NCBI GenBank assembly: GCA_965228855.1
Contig: CBDDIJ010000005.1
Coordinates: forward strand, 1,024,001 to 1,088,000
From: Candidatus Obscuribacterales bacterium
Lineage (GTDB): Bacteria; Cyanobacteriota; Vampirovibrionia; Obscuribacterales; Obscuribacteraceae
Length of the DNA stretch: 64,000 nt
Direction of reading: 5' to 3'
Shown here in pieces: positions 29,251 to 41,676 of the stretch. Made by a program: the position numbers and the translations under genes. The notes beneath the pieces were generated by a model. It made no database searches and had not been told where the DNA came from. It worked only from the letters and a program-made list of their open reading frames with translations. Numbering within the stretch: position 1 is the stretch's first letter; each line of letters opens with the position of its first letter.

Positions 29251-30837
29251 CTAGTCCTCATCCTTGAAAAGTTTGCGAAAGGCCGAACCTATTTGACCGA
29301 GAAAATCAGAGAAGCGTTTCCCGAAACCTCTCTTGGGCTTCGGGCGGCCGGGACGGCCAACTTTACTCTGTGCTTTGTTTGCGGACTCCCCTCTGTGCTC
29401 GACGTTCGGAGCCTGGCTCGCTGCCACGACATCCGAATCCTGAGGATCGAGCTGTGGAATTCTTGGTCGAGTGAAGTCAGCACGTCGAACAGTCCTGTGC
29501 CGAGCGCTTAACGTCGTTTGATGAGAAGTCGGAGGTTCGGTCGGTTCATCAGAATTGAAAATAAGATCGTCAAGGTCCGCAGGGGCGTCCGGAGGAGAAG
29601 GCATTTGCTGAACTGGCTGCGGCTGATTGGCTTCGCTGCCGGGCGGCGCCAATGGAGACTGCGAGCGCCCAAAACCAAGACCACTTTTACCTTGCAAGGA
29701 TCCCATCAGACCGGACGATCGCTGTTGAGGCTCCGGAGGTCTGCCGGAGTGAGGCTGACCTGGAGGCTGAGGCGGCTCCCCTGCTGCTGTAGCTTCCTGG
29801 AACAAGGCTCCCTGAAACGATTCCGGAACTGGAGCTTCCCGATACGGCTCCTCCTGCAACGGCACATTTGGGAATGGCACTTCTTGAGCAGGCAGGTTCT
29901 GATGAGAGGAGGCTGGAACGGGATTCTGAGCCGGCAAGCCCTGATTGGACTGCGACGGCTCAACCTCGTTAAGACGCCCCAAGAGTGGATTGGCAGGAGC
30001 CTCGAATCCTAAGCCGGGGGTCAGCGATGACGCCACTCGCGGCGGAGCTGCTGACGAGGGCTTCGCCGGTACAGTGGGTTGAAACGGCCGCGGCGGAGAA
30101 GCCGGGCTCTGTGGTGTTACCTGCTGAACAGGTTTCGGCTGGGGTGGCTGAGCCGGTTGGACCGGTTGCGGCGGAGCTGCATTCGGCGGCGCGGCTGGTT
30201 GAACAGATTGCTGTGGCGACGCTGCCGGTGCAGGCACTGAGCTTTTCTGGTTCGGGACATACTTAGGCAACACCGGAAGGGGCGATTGGCCCGGTCGCGG
30301 AGTGTAAAGCGGGGCATTCTGTTGCGGTGATTGAGCCGGTGGAAGACCGAAGGCGGGCGGAGGACTAAATGATTGCGCCGGATCCGGTTGCGCGGTTTCC
30401 GCCTGCGGACCGCCCGGCAAAGAGCCAAAAGTCTGGCTGCCCGAGCGACCAAAACCATTCTGCGAAGCTGGGTCGAGCGGCTGCTTTTCGATTTTAGTCG
30501 GTTTCACGAATTCGCCGGTCGCTTGAAGTAGCGATGAGAAAGTCGTGACCTGCGGGCTTTCCTGTTGCTCATCATTCAAACTATCATGAGCACCTGAACC
30601 GAGCAGGGAGCTTAGCCCTGAGCTGGATTGAGTTACCTCGGGTGGTTCCTCGCGCGCATCCAGATTCGACGGCTGGATCTGCAACTCATCACCGGACAAG
30701 TCGGCGCCAACCTCGAAAGTTTCGTACATGAATTGGTCAGAGACATCAATCATTCGAGTGAACGGTTTTCGCCGTTTCGCTCCGCCGGCCAGCGGATTAG
30801 GCTTTTCGTTTGAGTTGTTTTGTTCGTCGTCGTTCAT
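29251..30837 (-). CDS. Pro/Gln-rich intrinsically disordered hypothetical protein
   Basis: 528-aa ORF, low complexity, with an amphipathic C-terminal helix (FSDFLGQIGSAFRKLF). Confidence 0.65.
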   Translation of the reverse strand: MNDDEQNNSNEKPNPLAGGAKRRKPFTRMIDVSDQFMYETFEVGADLSGDELQIQPSNLDAREEPPEVTQSSSGLSSLLGSGAHDSLNDEQQESPQVTTFSSLLQATGEFVKPTKIEKQPLDPASQNGFGRSGSQTFGSLPGGPQAETAQPDPAQSFSPPPAFGLPPAQSPQQNAPLYTPRPGQSPLPVLPKYVPNQKSSVPAPAASPQQSVQPAAPPNAAPPQPVQPAQPPQPKPVQQVTPQSPASPPRPFQPTVPAKPSSAAPPRVASSLTPGLGFEAPANPLLGRLNEVEPSQSNQGLPAQNPVPASSHQNLPAQEVPFPNVPLQEEPYREAPVPESFQGALFQEATAAGEPPQPPGQPHSGRPPEPQQRSSGLMGSLQGKSGLGFGRSQSPLAPPGSEANQPQPVQQMPSPPDAPADLDDLIFNSDEPTEPPTSHQTTLSARHRTVRRADFTRPRIPQLDPQDSDVVAASQAPNVEHRGESANKAQSKVGRPGRPKPKRGFGKRFSDFLGQIGSAFRKLFKDED

Positions 30838-30936
30838 CTAGAAAACTCAACACTTCAATCCAACATATATACGATTGCAGATTCTAGCAAGCATTCAGGC
30901 TAGCAGGTTGAATTTCCGTTGAATAAGTGGAAGAAG

Positions 30937-32661
30937 TTAAGCCGAGGGCATCAGCCAGCGTTTCCACCATGGCATTTGCGAAACCGTCAATTGCTCCGTT
31001 AGTTTGGAAAGACGATCGTTCAAAGCGGTTATCTCGGTTCCCATCTCTCTGGCGATGCGCTCGGCTTCTTCTTTGGCGGACTGTTTTTCAGTTGCACTGC
31101 AGGCGGTGGCATTTCGAAGGTCTGACTCCAGGCGTTCGATTGCTTGAGCCTGCAGCGCGATCTCGGCAAGGCGCTCATCAAGCCGAGCTTGAATAATCTT
31201 CTTCTCCTGTTGAAGCAAATCAGCCTCATCATTGAGAACAGCAATCTCAAACTCTTTCTGACGCTGGTACTCGGCGGTAAACTGAGCGATCTGGGCGAGG
31301 TCCTTATCTTTCTCTCTTTTCAGTTGAGCGGCCTCTTCCTTGAGTCTTTGAATCTCAATTTCACGTTCCTGACGCATTCTATCGATCTCGGCTTGAGCTT
31401 CGCGGCGCTCACGATCCTTCGCTTCGATCAAGTCCATCAGCGCTGCTTCCAGTTCGACAATCGCAGCTCTGTTCTTCTCATCGAACGTCGCGCGAGTCGA
31501 TAGATCTGTAATCTGCTCGCGAAGCCTGGCAACCTCGATACTATGCATCCGGTATTCTTCTTCAAGCAGGGCCTCAAGTTGCGGGATAGTCTCCTGTTCT
31601 GCTCGTTCGAGCATCACAACGGTGTCGAATTGTTGTTGCTCCATGCAAGAGATCTGCAGACGATATGCAGCCGCCTCAAACTCCAGACGCTCAGCATCCT
31701 CGGCTTTCCGTTGAAGGTCCGGCAGGAGACGTAAGCGCAAATTGCGCTCCTCAAGTTCTTCAACCAAACGTGCAGCAATCACGCGATGATCGTCGAGACG
31801 CTTGGCGAATTCCCGAGCCATAACCCTCACGACCGTCATCATCGACGGTGCGTCGGCAGCTGCGGAAATTGCCTCAACAAGCGCCTGATCGCGCAACGCT
31901 TCGCGTACGACATCATCGACAGCCGCATCGAAGAAATACGTTTCACTTCCCTGCACGTTTTTGAACAGCGCAGCATCTTCGTAGTCTTCGTAGACATCAT
32001 AGAAACTCTCATCAGACTTCGCGTCCAAGGCGACAGTGCCGGCTGTCTCGAACACTAGATCAGCAACAGCGACTGAAACAGTTTCAGCTGTTTCTTCAAC
32101 AACAGCAGCATCGACAACCGTTTCCGCGATATGAGCGACAATCGGCTTTTCGAATTCAGGAAGTGGACCGCTCGTTGTAACGCTGACCTCAATAGTTGCT
32201 GTTGCCGCAGAAACATCGTCGCCCGACTCGACACCGAAGAACAGATCGTTATTCTCGACGCCTTCAGCAGGGTGGGCGTCCGGTGCGAAATTCTCCTGGA
32301 CGACTTTAGCTTCTACAACAGGCTTAGCCTTGTCAGAGGTCTTCCGACGCCGACGTGGTGCCGGAGGCGGTGGCGTGGTCAGCTCGTTCTCAACCACGGT
32401 AGGAATGTCGCCGTTCATGAAATAAGTACCGTTAGGCGTGACAATAGGCATCGATGCCAGCTCTGCATCAATGTCATTCTTCTGAACGAACCAGCGCTCC
32501 TTGTCACCGTCGAGACGCTTCTCGCCCTTATAGAGACCTTGGTCGAGTTTTTCCCGGACGTATTTCTTGTCTCGTCCCAACATAGCTGCTGCAACTTTGA
32601 CTGAAATCATCGGATTGATATGCATCGCATCTCCACTTTCTATTTCTTCGACATGCCGCAC
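30937..32661 (-). CDS. Hypothetical protein: N-terminal HTH-like region, acidic linker, long coiled coil, PWWKRW tail
   Basis: ISVKVAAAMLGRDKKYVREKL...WFV excisionase/MerR-like HTH; heptad-rich C-terminal half. Confidence 0.7.
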   Translation of the reverse strand: MRHVEEIESGDAMHINPMISVKVAAAMLGRDKKYVREKLDQGLYKGEKRLDGDKERWFVQKNDIDAELASMPIVTPNGTYFMNGDIPTVVENELTTPPPPAPRRRRKTSDKAKPVVEAKVVQENFAPDAHPAEGVENNDLFFGVESGDDVSAATATIEVSVTTSGPLPEFEKPIVAHIAETVVDAAVVEETAETVSVAVADLVFETAGTVALDAKSDESFYDVYEDYEDAALFKNVQGSETYFFDAAVDDVVREALRDQALVEAISAAADAPSMMTVVRVMAREFAKRLDDHRVIAARLVEELEERNLRLRLLPDLQRKAEDAERLEFEAAAYRLQISCMEQQQFDTVVMLERAEQETIPQLEALLEEEYRMHSIEVARLREQITDLSTRATFDEKNRAAIVELEAALMDLIEAKDRERREAQAEIDRMRQEREIEIQRLKEEAAQLKREKDKDLAQIAQFTAEYQRQKEFEIAVLNDEADLLQQEKKIIQARLDERLAEIALQAQAIERLESDLRNATACSATEKQSAKEEAERIAREMGTEITALNDRLSKLTEQLTVSQMPWWKRWLMPSA

Positions 32662-32835
32662 GGTTCGCCAGTCTGGAAAGAATTATAAGGCAAGCCAAAG
32701 CGCTTACGGGCTGACGAATTTCTCACAACCCGCACCACCTGTGATGCCGGCGAGTAAAACTATATGCGATACCACCACGTTATGCGACGCAATGGTCCAT
32801 GAAAGCAATTCGGTGGCTATTCAACGACACCAAAC

Positions 32836-32865
32836 AAAAACTCCCTCTGCCGAAGCGAAGGGAGT
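32836..32865 (-). terminator. Intrinsic terminator after the redoxin gene
   Basis: ACTCCCT...AGGGAGT stem preceded by an A tract on the + strand. Confidence 0.6.
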
Positions 32866-32897
32866 CTTTCGACGAACTTATGACAGGTAGCTGATGC

Positions 32898-33572
32898 CTA
32901 TTGATACTTCACAGAACACCCGTAGGATTTGGTCTCAGCGACGGTCACCGGCTTACCTTTGAGAACCTCATCAAGAGCGCTCTTGACGTAGTTCTTCGCG
33001 GTAGCGATTTCGGATTGGTCCACTCCGGACTTGTCGTCGATCGCGCCGGCATAGACCAGCTTACCGGCTTTATCGATCACATACATGTCGGGGGTTGTTT
33101 TGGCATTGTATTCTCTGCCAACCTTACCGTCCTCATCGATTAGCACCACTGATGGTGCAGCCTTTCTGTCGGCGAATGCTTTGTTGTGTTCCTCAGGGGT
33201 TGCGTTACCTTGCTTCCCTTTGGCAGAGGAGTTGATGGAAACCCAAACCACGCCTTTGCCGGTATATTCCTTTTGCAACTTCTGCATGTTGCCGCTCTCG
33301 TAGTGCTTCTTGACGAAAGGACAACCGAAGTTGAACCACTCGAGCACCACAACCTTGCCCTTTTGATCTTTCAAACTCCACTGCTTGCCGTGTGTATCGG
33401 TCAATGTGAAGTCAGGAGCTGCCTTTCCTACAACCGCCGGAGCTGCGGCTTCCGGGGCTGCTTTGACGAAACGATCAGCAAACAATTCATTGGGAATCAG
33501 TATCGCCATCGTCAACAGAAATAACGCCATAAGCTTTTGCGCTATTTTGGAAGAACCGTTCATAAACACCAT
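32898..33572 (-). CDS. Exported redoxin / AhpC-TSA family protein
   Basis: APDFTLTD, VVLEWFNFGCPFVKKHY, AKTTPDMYVID, YAGAIDD, YGCSVKY. Confidence 0.9.
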   Translation of the reverse strand: MVFMNGSSKIAQKLMALFLLTMAILIPNELFADRFVKAAPEAAAPAVVGKAAPDFTLTDTHGKQWSLKDQKGKVVVLEWFNFGCPFVKKHYESGNMQKLQKEYTGKGVVWVSINSSAKGKQGNATPEEHNKAFADRKAAPSVVLIDEDGKVGREYNAKTTPDMYVIDKAGKLVYAGAIDDKSGVDQSEIATAKNYVKSALDEVLKGKPVTVAETKSYGCSVKYQ

Positions 33573-33774
33573 TAGCCTCTTTATAAGCTGAATTCAGTAA
33601 GGACGTATTCTACACCTATCACTTCAAACAACTAGTCGTATTACGGGAGCGAAGGTCAAAACCCTCGGACATTCGGCGTCGCGAGCCAGTAACAGTCTGA
33701 AATATTTATCAGATATGCTTATAGCAAAGTGGCGGCGTAATGCGGCTTTCCGTCTCAAACTCGGTCGCCCGCCC

Positions 33775-34419
33775 CTAACAGAACTCCAAAAGCAGGCTAC
33801 GCGCAACGCTCTCTCGAGCCAACCAGTGTAGCACTCCCCATACCCGCTTTTCTTCTTCAAAGGTATCGCCTGCGATTTGCTGGTCCAGGACTGCAGTTCC
33901 GTTCAACTGACCGACGTCACCAGGAACTTTCAAGAATTGATTGAGTTCATCCAGCTCGCGAAGGAGCGCATTTGATGAGCCTATGTCGCACTTCCAACTG
34001 CCATCGCCAGTGGACGACGCCACGTCAAAAGCAAAAGGCTCATCGAAGTCTACGGGAATATAGAAACCGTTTGAGTCAGAATGGTTAATCAGGTGCTTGA
34101 ACTTACCAAGCGGCAAACGCCCCTGGTTTATTTCGTTGAGTTCATGACCGATTACGGAAAAATCCGGTTCGGTAGGAGGCTCTCCGTGAACCGACAAGTA
34201 CGCAGCATAACTCTTGAGCTGCAGCACGCTCCCAGACTTGCCAATTTCCCCTTTGAAATCCTGATTGGCCGGTCCAATCGTTAATTGACCGCTGTTTCCC
34301 TTGTCAATAAATGCAGTCTGGATAGAATTCAAGAGCGAAGCATAGTAATCTTCGAATTCGTAATCGTCAGTTCCGACCAATCGCCCGTCAAGAGACATCA
34401 TCGCCCTCCGCGTTCTCAC
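33775..34419 (-). CDS. Hypothetical protein
   Basis: 214-aa ORF with globular composition (HLINHSDSNGFYIPVDF). Confidence 0.6.
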   Translation of the reverse strand: MRTRRAMMSLDGRLVGTDDYEFEDYYASLLNSIQTAFIDKGNSGQLTIGPANQDFKGEIGKSGSVLQLKSYAAYLSVHGEPPTEPDFSVIGHELNEINQGRLPLGKFKHLINHSDSNGFYIPVDFDEPFAFDVASSTGDGSWKCDIGSSNALLRELDELNQFLKVPGDVGQLNGTAVLDQQIAGDTFEEEKRVWGVLHWLARESVARSLLLEFC

Positions 34420-34514
34420 GATGAAAGCTTATCGCCCTGGAAGGCAGGGTTCAAGCTTTTCGGACGCTGTCAGGGTATAAAAGACTAAGAAGGGAAACTG
34501 CGGTCACCACTTCC

Positions 34515-35576
34515 ATGTCTAATCATCTTAAAGCTGGTGAGCTTTACGCCTTCGCGACCAACGACGGCTCCTGCCTGGTTGGCAAAGTCGTGCAAAGTTA
34601 TAAAGACTCGGTAGACATATATATGTACGACCGACACTTTGAACCGCTCTCTCAAAAGTCGGACGTTCTGGCAGCACTGATAGAGCACAAAGCCCCAGGC
34701 GGATATACAACGAATATCGAGCGCCGTGAATTCGCGCTGATGTATCCGCTCTGGTTGGCTCATCAGGAAGTCACAGAAAGCGAGGCCCAGAGCGCGTCTC
34801 AGAAGGCTCTCACCATTTACGGAAAACCGATTCGCTTCATTCGCACTCGTCCTTACTGGGACCCGATAATCATAATGGTGTTTTCCTGGCTGATGGTGCT
34901 GATTTTTGCCCTGGCAATTTGCGTTCCGAACAACCAATCACTTCCGAGCGCGTTGTTGATGGCAATTTTTCTGTCGGGCTCCATCGCAATCCCGCTTGGC
35001 GGAGGGATAGCCTTCGTTTTTGTTATATTCCGCTTCCTTGAATCGCTCCGTACAGGCTTCCCGATGCGCTCCAACCCGACCCTTGAATTCCGGCTATCAA
35101 TGCCTTTGGACGAAGCATTCCCAATCTGCAGAGACAAGCTCGGCGCAAAAACCGACCGCGACTTTGATTTTGTAGACCGCCGCTCCGGCTACATACAAGC
35201 GAGGATTCAGAACCATCTGCTTGTGAGGATTATGTGCTACCAGCTCGAGGCAAATGAAACCGGTGTCATCGTTTCCTGTTTTGACTTGAAGGGCGGCACA
35301 TTTGGCTCCGACATGTGGTTGTTGAAAAATCTAGCTGCTCAATTGCAGGCGCAGGAGGGCGAGACCGTGATTGAGCAACAGCCGCTAGTTATTGGTGGTT
35401 TCATGCGCAAGTTTTTCTGGTTCGCAATGACCGCAACCTTCGCTTGCGTAAGTGCGATGTTCTTGAAAGCTGCTATTTCAGGCGAATTGACATGCCTTCC
35501 GCTACTTCTACTGACAGCTATACTGACCGGACTTGCCGGTTTTTACCTGTTCCGACCCACTCAGGAGACGGCTTAA
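34515..35576 (+). CDS. Hypothetical membrane protein
   Basis: 353 aa with about four hydrophobic segments. Confidence 0.65.
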   Translation: MSNHLKAGELYAFATNDGSCLVGKVVQSYKDSVDIYMYDRHFEPLSQKSDVLAALIEHKAPGGYTTNIERREFALMYPLWLAHQEVTESEAQSASQKALTIYGKPIRFIRTRPYWDPIIIMVFSWLMVLIFALAICVPNNQSLPSALLMAIFLSGSIAIPLGGGIAFVFVIFRFLESLRTGFPMRSNPTLEFRLSMPLDEAFPICRDKLGAKTDRDFDFVDRRSGYIQARIQNHLLVRIMCYQLEANETGVIVSCFDLKGGTFGSDMWLLKNLAAQLQAQEGETVIEQQPLVIGGFMRKFFWFAMTATFACVSAMFLKAAISGELTCLPLLLLTAILTGLAGFYLFRPTQETA

Positions 35577-35907
35577 GAACCCGGCGCGGCACCACAGCCG
35601 GTGCCGCGCCGGAAAGTCGCATGCACGCGAAAAATTCAGCGCTATCGGAAGGCGGGGTCGCGAGCGGTTTATATCCTCTATATAGGAATGATTTTGCTGC
35701 GATCAATCTTGCACATTTTTCATATCCACCATATATGGCACCATTGCAAAATACAAGAGTGGCTATTTGTGCGGCTTTCGAGCGATCGCGATTTTCGACT
35801 TCTGATAATCGGAGCAACGCTTGGCATGCCGCCGTCTAACGAAGAGCAGCCTATACTGCGGACTTCACGCGATCGTTCACCAGTATGAAGATATGTGGAT
35901 GGTGCAG

Positions 35908-35936
35908 ATGCACACGCAGGGGTTAGGTGATACTAT
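35908..35936 (+). promoter_or_regulatory. Putative promoter P1 of the tRNA/23S unit
   Basis: ATGCAC-17 bp-TACTAT with extended -10 TG. Confidence 0.45.
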
Positions 35937-35955
35937 TAGAAATCTCGCTGAGCGA

Positions 35956-36029
35956 GGGCTATTAGCTCAGGTGGCTAGAGCGCACCCCTGATAAGGGTGA
36001 GGTCCGAGGTTCGAGTCCTCGATAGCCCA
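35956..36029 (+). tRNA. tRNA-Ile(GAT)
   Basis: GGGCTAT...ATAGCCCA cloverleaf, anticodon loop CT-GAT-AA, GTTCGAG T-loop. Confidence 0.96.
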
Positions 36030-36053
36030 GATCTTAAAGCTTTCCTTGAGAGC

Positions 36054-36082
36054 ATGCGACGTTTCGAAAAGTCTGTTATGAT
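36054..36082 (+). promoter_or_regulatory. Putative promoter P2 between the tRNAs
   Basis: ATGCGA-17 bp-TATGAT with extended -10 TG; same architecture as P1. Confidence 0.45.
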
Positions 36083-36200
36083 AGAGAAACGACGACGCGG
36101 CTGAAGGGAAGTCACCCGTCCGAAACATTCGGACATGGTGAGAGGACTTACGGAGAGCGTTCCCTTATAATGGGAATTGTGAACTGGAAAGTTCGAACTC

Positions 36201-36273
36201 GGGGGCTTGGCTCAGTTGGTAGAGCGTCTCGTTTGCACCGAGAAGGTCAGGAGTTCGAATCTCCTAGCCTCCA
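36201..36273 (+). tRNA. tRNA-Ala(TGC)
   Basis: GGGGGCT/AGCCTCC acceptor stem with G3:U70; anticodon arm TCTCG-TT-TGC-AC-CGAGA. Confidence 0.96.
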
Positions 36274-36552
36274 GAGTTTTTACTGAAAAGCGTCTGTAAC
36301 AACTAAGATACAAACCCTTTTCAAACCAGAGTTAACTGATAGAATTGTTGACTCTGCGAGGTTCGAAAGACCTCGAGAGCCCACAGCCGAGAGGCTATTA
36401 ATCTCGGCGCCGTACCCTGAAAACTGCATATTGAGAACGACAACTAGTGTTGCTGATCTAATCCATCAGCAACAAGTCCGTAATCAAAACACCAATGTAA
36501 GACTCGGTGCCTGCTTGTGTTCCTGTCCTGGAACGAGCCGCATCGAGAATTT

Positions 36553-39513
<2,961 letters not shown>

Positions 39514-39709
39514 AATTTACTTTGGTGTTAGATTACCTAGTTGTTTAAATGGCGCAAGCCACTCAATGTGCAGTCTTCAGGGTAACGGAGTTTGATACTG
39601 AATATGGTGTCAGACTTCCTTACGAGCGGTGACAAAGAACTAGTTTCAAATTGTGAAACTTCACCGCGGTCATAGTGTCTTCTTCGTGAAGATGCCGTAC
39701 CCTAAAAGG

Positions 39710-39828
39710 TTCTTGGTGCCGAAGCGACCGGAACACACCCGTTCCCATCCCGAACACGAAGGTAAAGACGGTCAGCAGCGACAATACTTGGTGGGTGACT
39801 GCCTGGGAAGATAGCCCGGTGCCAGGAG
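39710..39828 (+). rRNA. rrf: 5S rRNA
   Basis: TTCTTGGTG...CACACCCGTTCCCATCCCGAACACG...GTGCCAGGAG with a terminal stem. Confidence 0.95.
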
Positions 39829-39833
39829 TTATA

Positions 39834-39869
39834 AAAGCCTCGAGTTAATAGCTCGGGGCTTTTGCTTTT
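39834..39869 (+). terminator. rRNA unit terminator (possibly bidirectional)
   Basis: AAAAGCCTCGAG-ttaatag-CTCGGGGCTTTT followed by a T tract. Confidence 0.8.
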
Positions 39870-39929
39870 GGAGAAAAAAGTCTGGCCGCGCATTTTGCTT
39901 GTCGACTTATGAGCTTCAGCACTCTTTCT

Positions 39930-41567
39930 TCAGTTCTGTGATTTCAATTGAACGGTACTAAATACGATATCAAACATCTTTTCGTATTTTTCACGAGATT
40001 CCAGTGGGCAGAAGAACTTCAGCTTCCAGATTGAATCGGGTGTCCCGAAGTAAATGTGTCTTTCCCTGAAGTACCCCTCAAAGACCTTTTTATAGATGAA
40101 CTCTGTCTCGTAGCCGCGAAGAGTCTTGTTCGACCCGAAATCAACCTCTTGAAGCGGCCTGATTTCGGTGAAATTCGGATAGGACGCATGCACCGTTCGT
40201 TGATATTTGGCGGAGGTCAACAAATCACGGTCGTTTCCATCAACGGCTTTTGAATCGAGAAATTTTATATCAAAACTGACATTCGGGACGACTCGATGTT
40301 CAAAATGCTCGACGATGCCAGAACCGTCATCCGGCACTTCACTGGCATGAAATTCTGCTGGATACTCAAACGTTACTTGCCCATTATCGAATTTGGAAAG
40401 TTTGTTCGCGTATCGCTTTGCGATTTGGTCCTTTCGAACTGCCTGGCTACGCTCGTAAACTAGTAGACCGGCAACGGCGGTAAAAAGAAGAACTGCGCAC
40501 CATGACGCCAGAAATACCTTTCGTCGGAATGCTTTATTTTTCTTTGAAAGCTTGGCATTCCCACCCGAGAACAAAACGCTCTTGATCTCAGAGGTAAAAT
40601 CCGGCTCTACACCCATCAGAGCATCCTTGAGTTCCTCGAAGTTTTGATAACGGTCATCTGGATCCTTCTGAAGAGCCTTGTTCACAATGCGCACAAGCCG
40701 TGTTGGCACTGATGCTCCACTTTTCGAGAGAGTGATCGGAGCCTCGTTGATATGTTTGTGCATCACCTCGTAAGACGAATCGCCCTCCAGCGGGAGCTTT
40801 CCGGAGAGCGCTTCATACATTACACAACCAAAGCAATAGATATCTGTGCGAAGATCCATTGCGGTCCCCATGCACTGCTCCGGAGCCATGTAGGCCGGCG
40901 TCCCCAGTACTTCACCGGTCAGGGTTAGATTCTCGTGAGCGCTTCCATCTCCCGAGATCACTTTTGCCAATCCGAAATCCAACACCTTAACGTGTTCGAT
41001 GCCCTCCTCAGATTCGAGGAGAACAATATTGGACGGTTTCAAATCCCTGTGAATAATTCCTTTGCGGTGCGCTGCAGCAACTCCATCGCAGCACTGGATG
41101 AATATATTCACTGCCCTTTCTGGTGAAAGAACCTTTGCCTCACTGAGCACGGCTGATAGAGTTTTGCCTGGAGCATACTCCAACACCAGATAAGGCTGGC
41201 CTTGCGCAAGCACCCCATAGTCATAAACCGATGCAACATTGGAATGGACCAGGGTGCTGATAGATTCAGCCTCATGCTGGAAACGCCGAATTTTGTCAGG
41301 CTTGTCGACAAATTCAGCGTGCAAGATTTTGACAGCCACAACTCGGCGTAAGGAAGTTTGATCAGCTTTGTAGACGGTTGAAAAACCGCCCATGCCGAGA
41401 ATCTCGATGATCTGATACTTATCAGCAATCATCTTCCCGATAAAAGGATCGCGCTTAATTACAGCAAGAATGCTGTTGTCGTCTGGACAGCGCTCCAGAT
41501 CCGGACTGTACTTGAATAGGCAGGTAGGGCAGACCTTGCCGATTATAAGTGGAGGGTCAGCGTCCAT
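39930..41567 (-). CDS. Membrane Ser/Thr protein kinase with N-terminal zinc ribbon and PsbP-like extracellular domain
   Basis: CPTC...CPDD; GMGGFS, VAVK, HRDLKPSN, DFG, GTPAYMAPE; TM; C-terminal FEYP...FDIVFSTV. Start taken at MDAD. Confidence 0.92.
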   Translation of the reverse strand: MDADPPLIIGKVCPTCLFKYSPDLERCPDDNSILAVIKRDPFIGKMIADKYQIIEILGMGGFSTVYKADQTSLRRVVAVKILHAEFVDKPDKIRRFQHEAESISTLVHSNVASVYDYGVLAQGQPYLVLEYAPGKTLSAVLSEAKVLSPERAVNIFIQCCDGVAAAHRKGIIHRDLKPSNIVLLESEEGIEHVKVLDFGLAKVISGDGSAHENLTLTGEVLGTPAYMAPEQCMGTAMDLRTDIYCFGCVMYEALSGKLPLEGDSSYEVMHKHINEAPITLSKSGASVPTRLVRIVNKALQKDPDDRYQNFEELKDALMGVEPDFTSEIKSVLFSGGNAKLSKKNKAFRRKVFLASWCAVLLFTAVAGLLVYERSQAVRKDQIAKRYANKLSKFDNGQVTFEYPAEFHASEVPDDGSGIVEHFEHRVVPNVSFDIKFLDSKAVDGNDRDLLTSAKYQRTVHASYPNFTEIRPLQEVDFGSNKTLRGYETEFIYKKVFEGYFRERHIYFGTPDSIWKLKFFCPLESREKYEKMFDIVFSTVQLKSQN

Positions 41568-41676
41568 GTTTGAAAGTGTGCTTTCAGTGTCGATATTAAT
41601 ATTCCCGACATCAGAAACCGACGAACACGTTTGCCAGTGATTCACGAAGAGATTTAGGCCAGACTGCAGGTTCCGC

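Noticed and set aside
35577..35900. Short ORFs or a 16S remnant upstream of tRNA-Ile
   Set aside because: No anti-Shine-Dalgarno GATCACCTCC or other 16S motif; the ORFs lack RBS and recognisable motifs.
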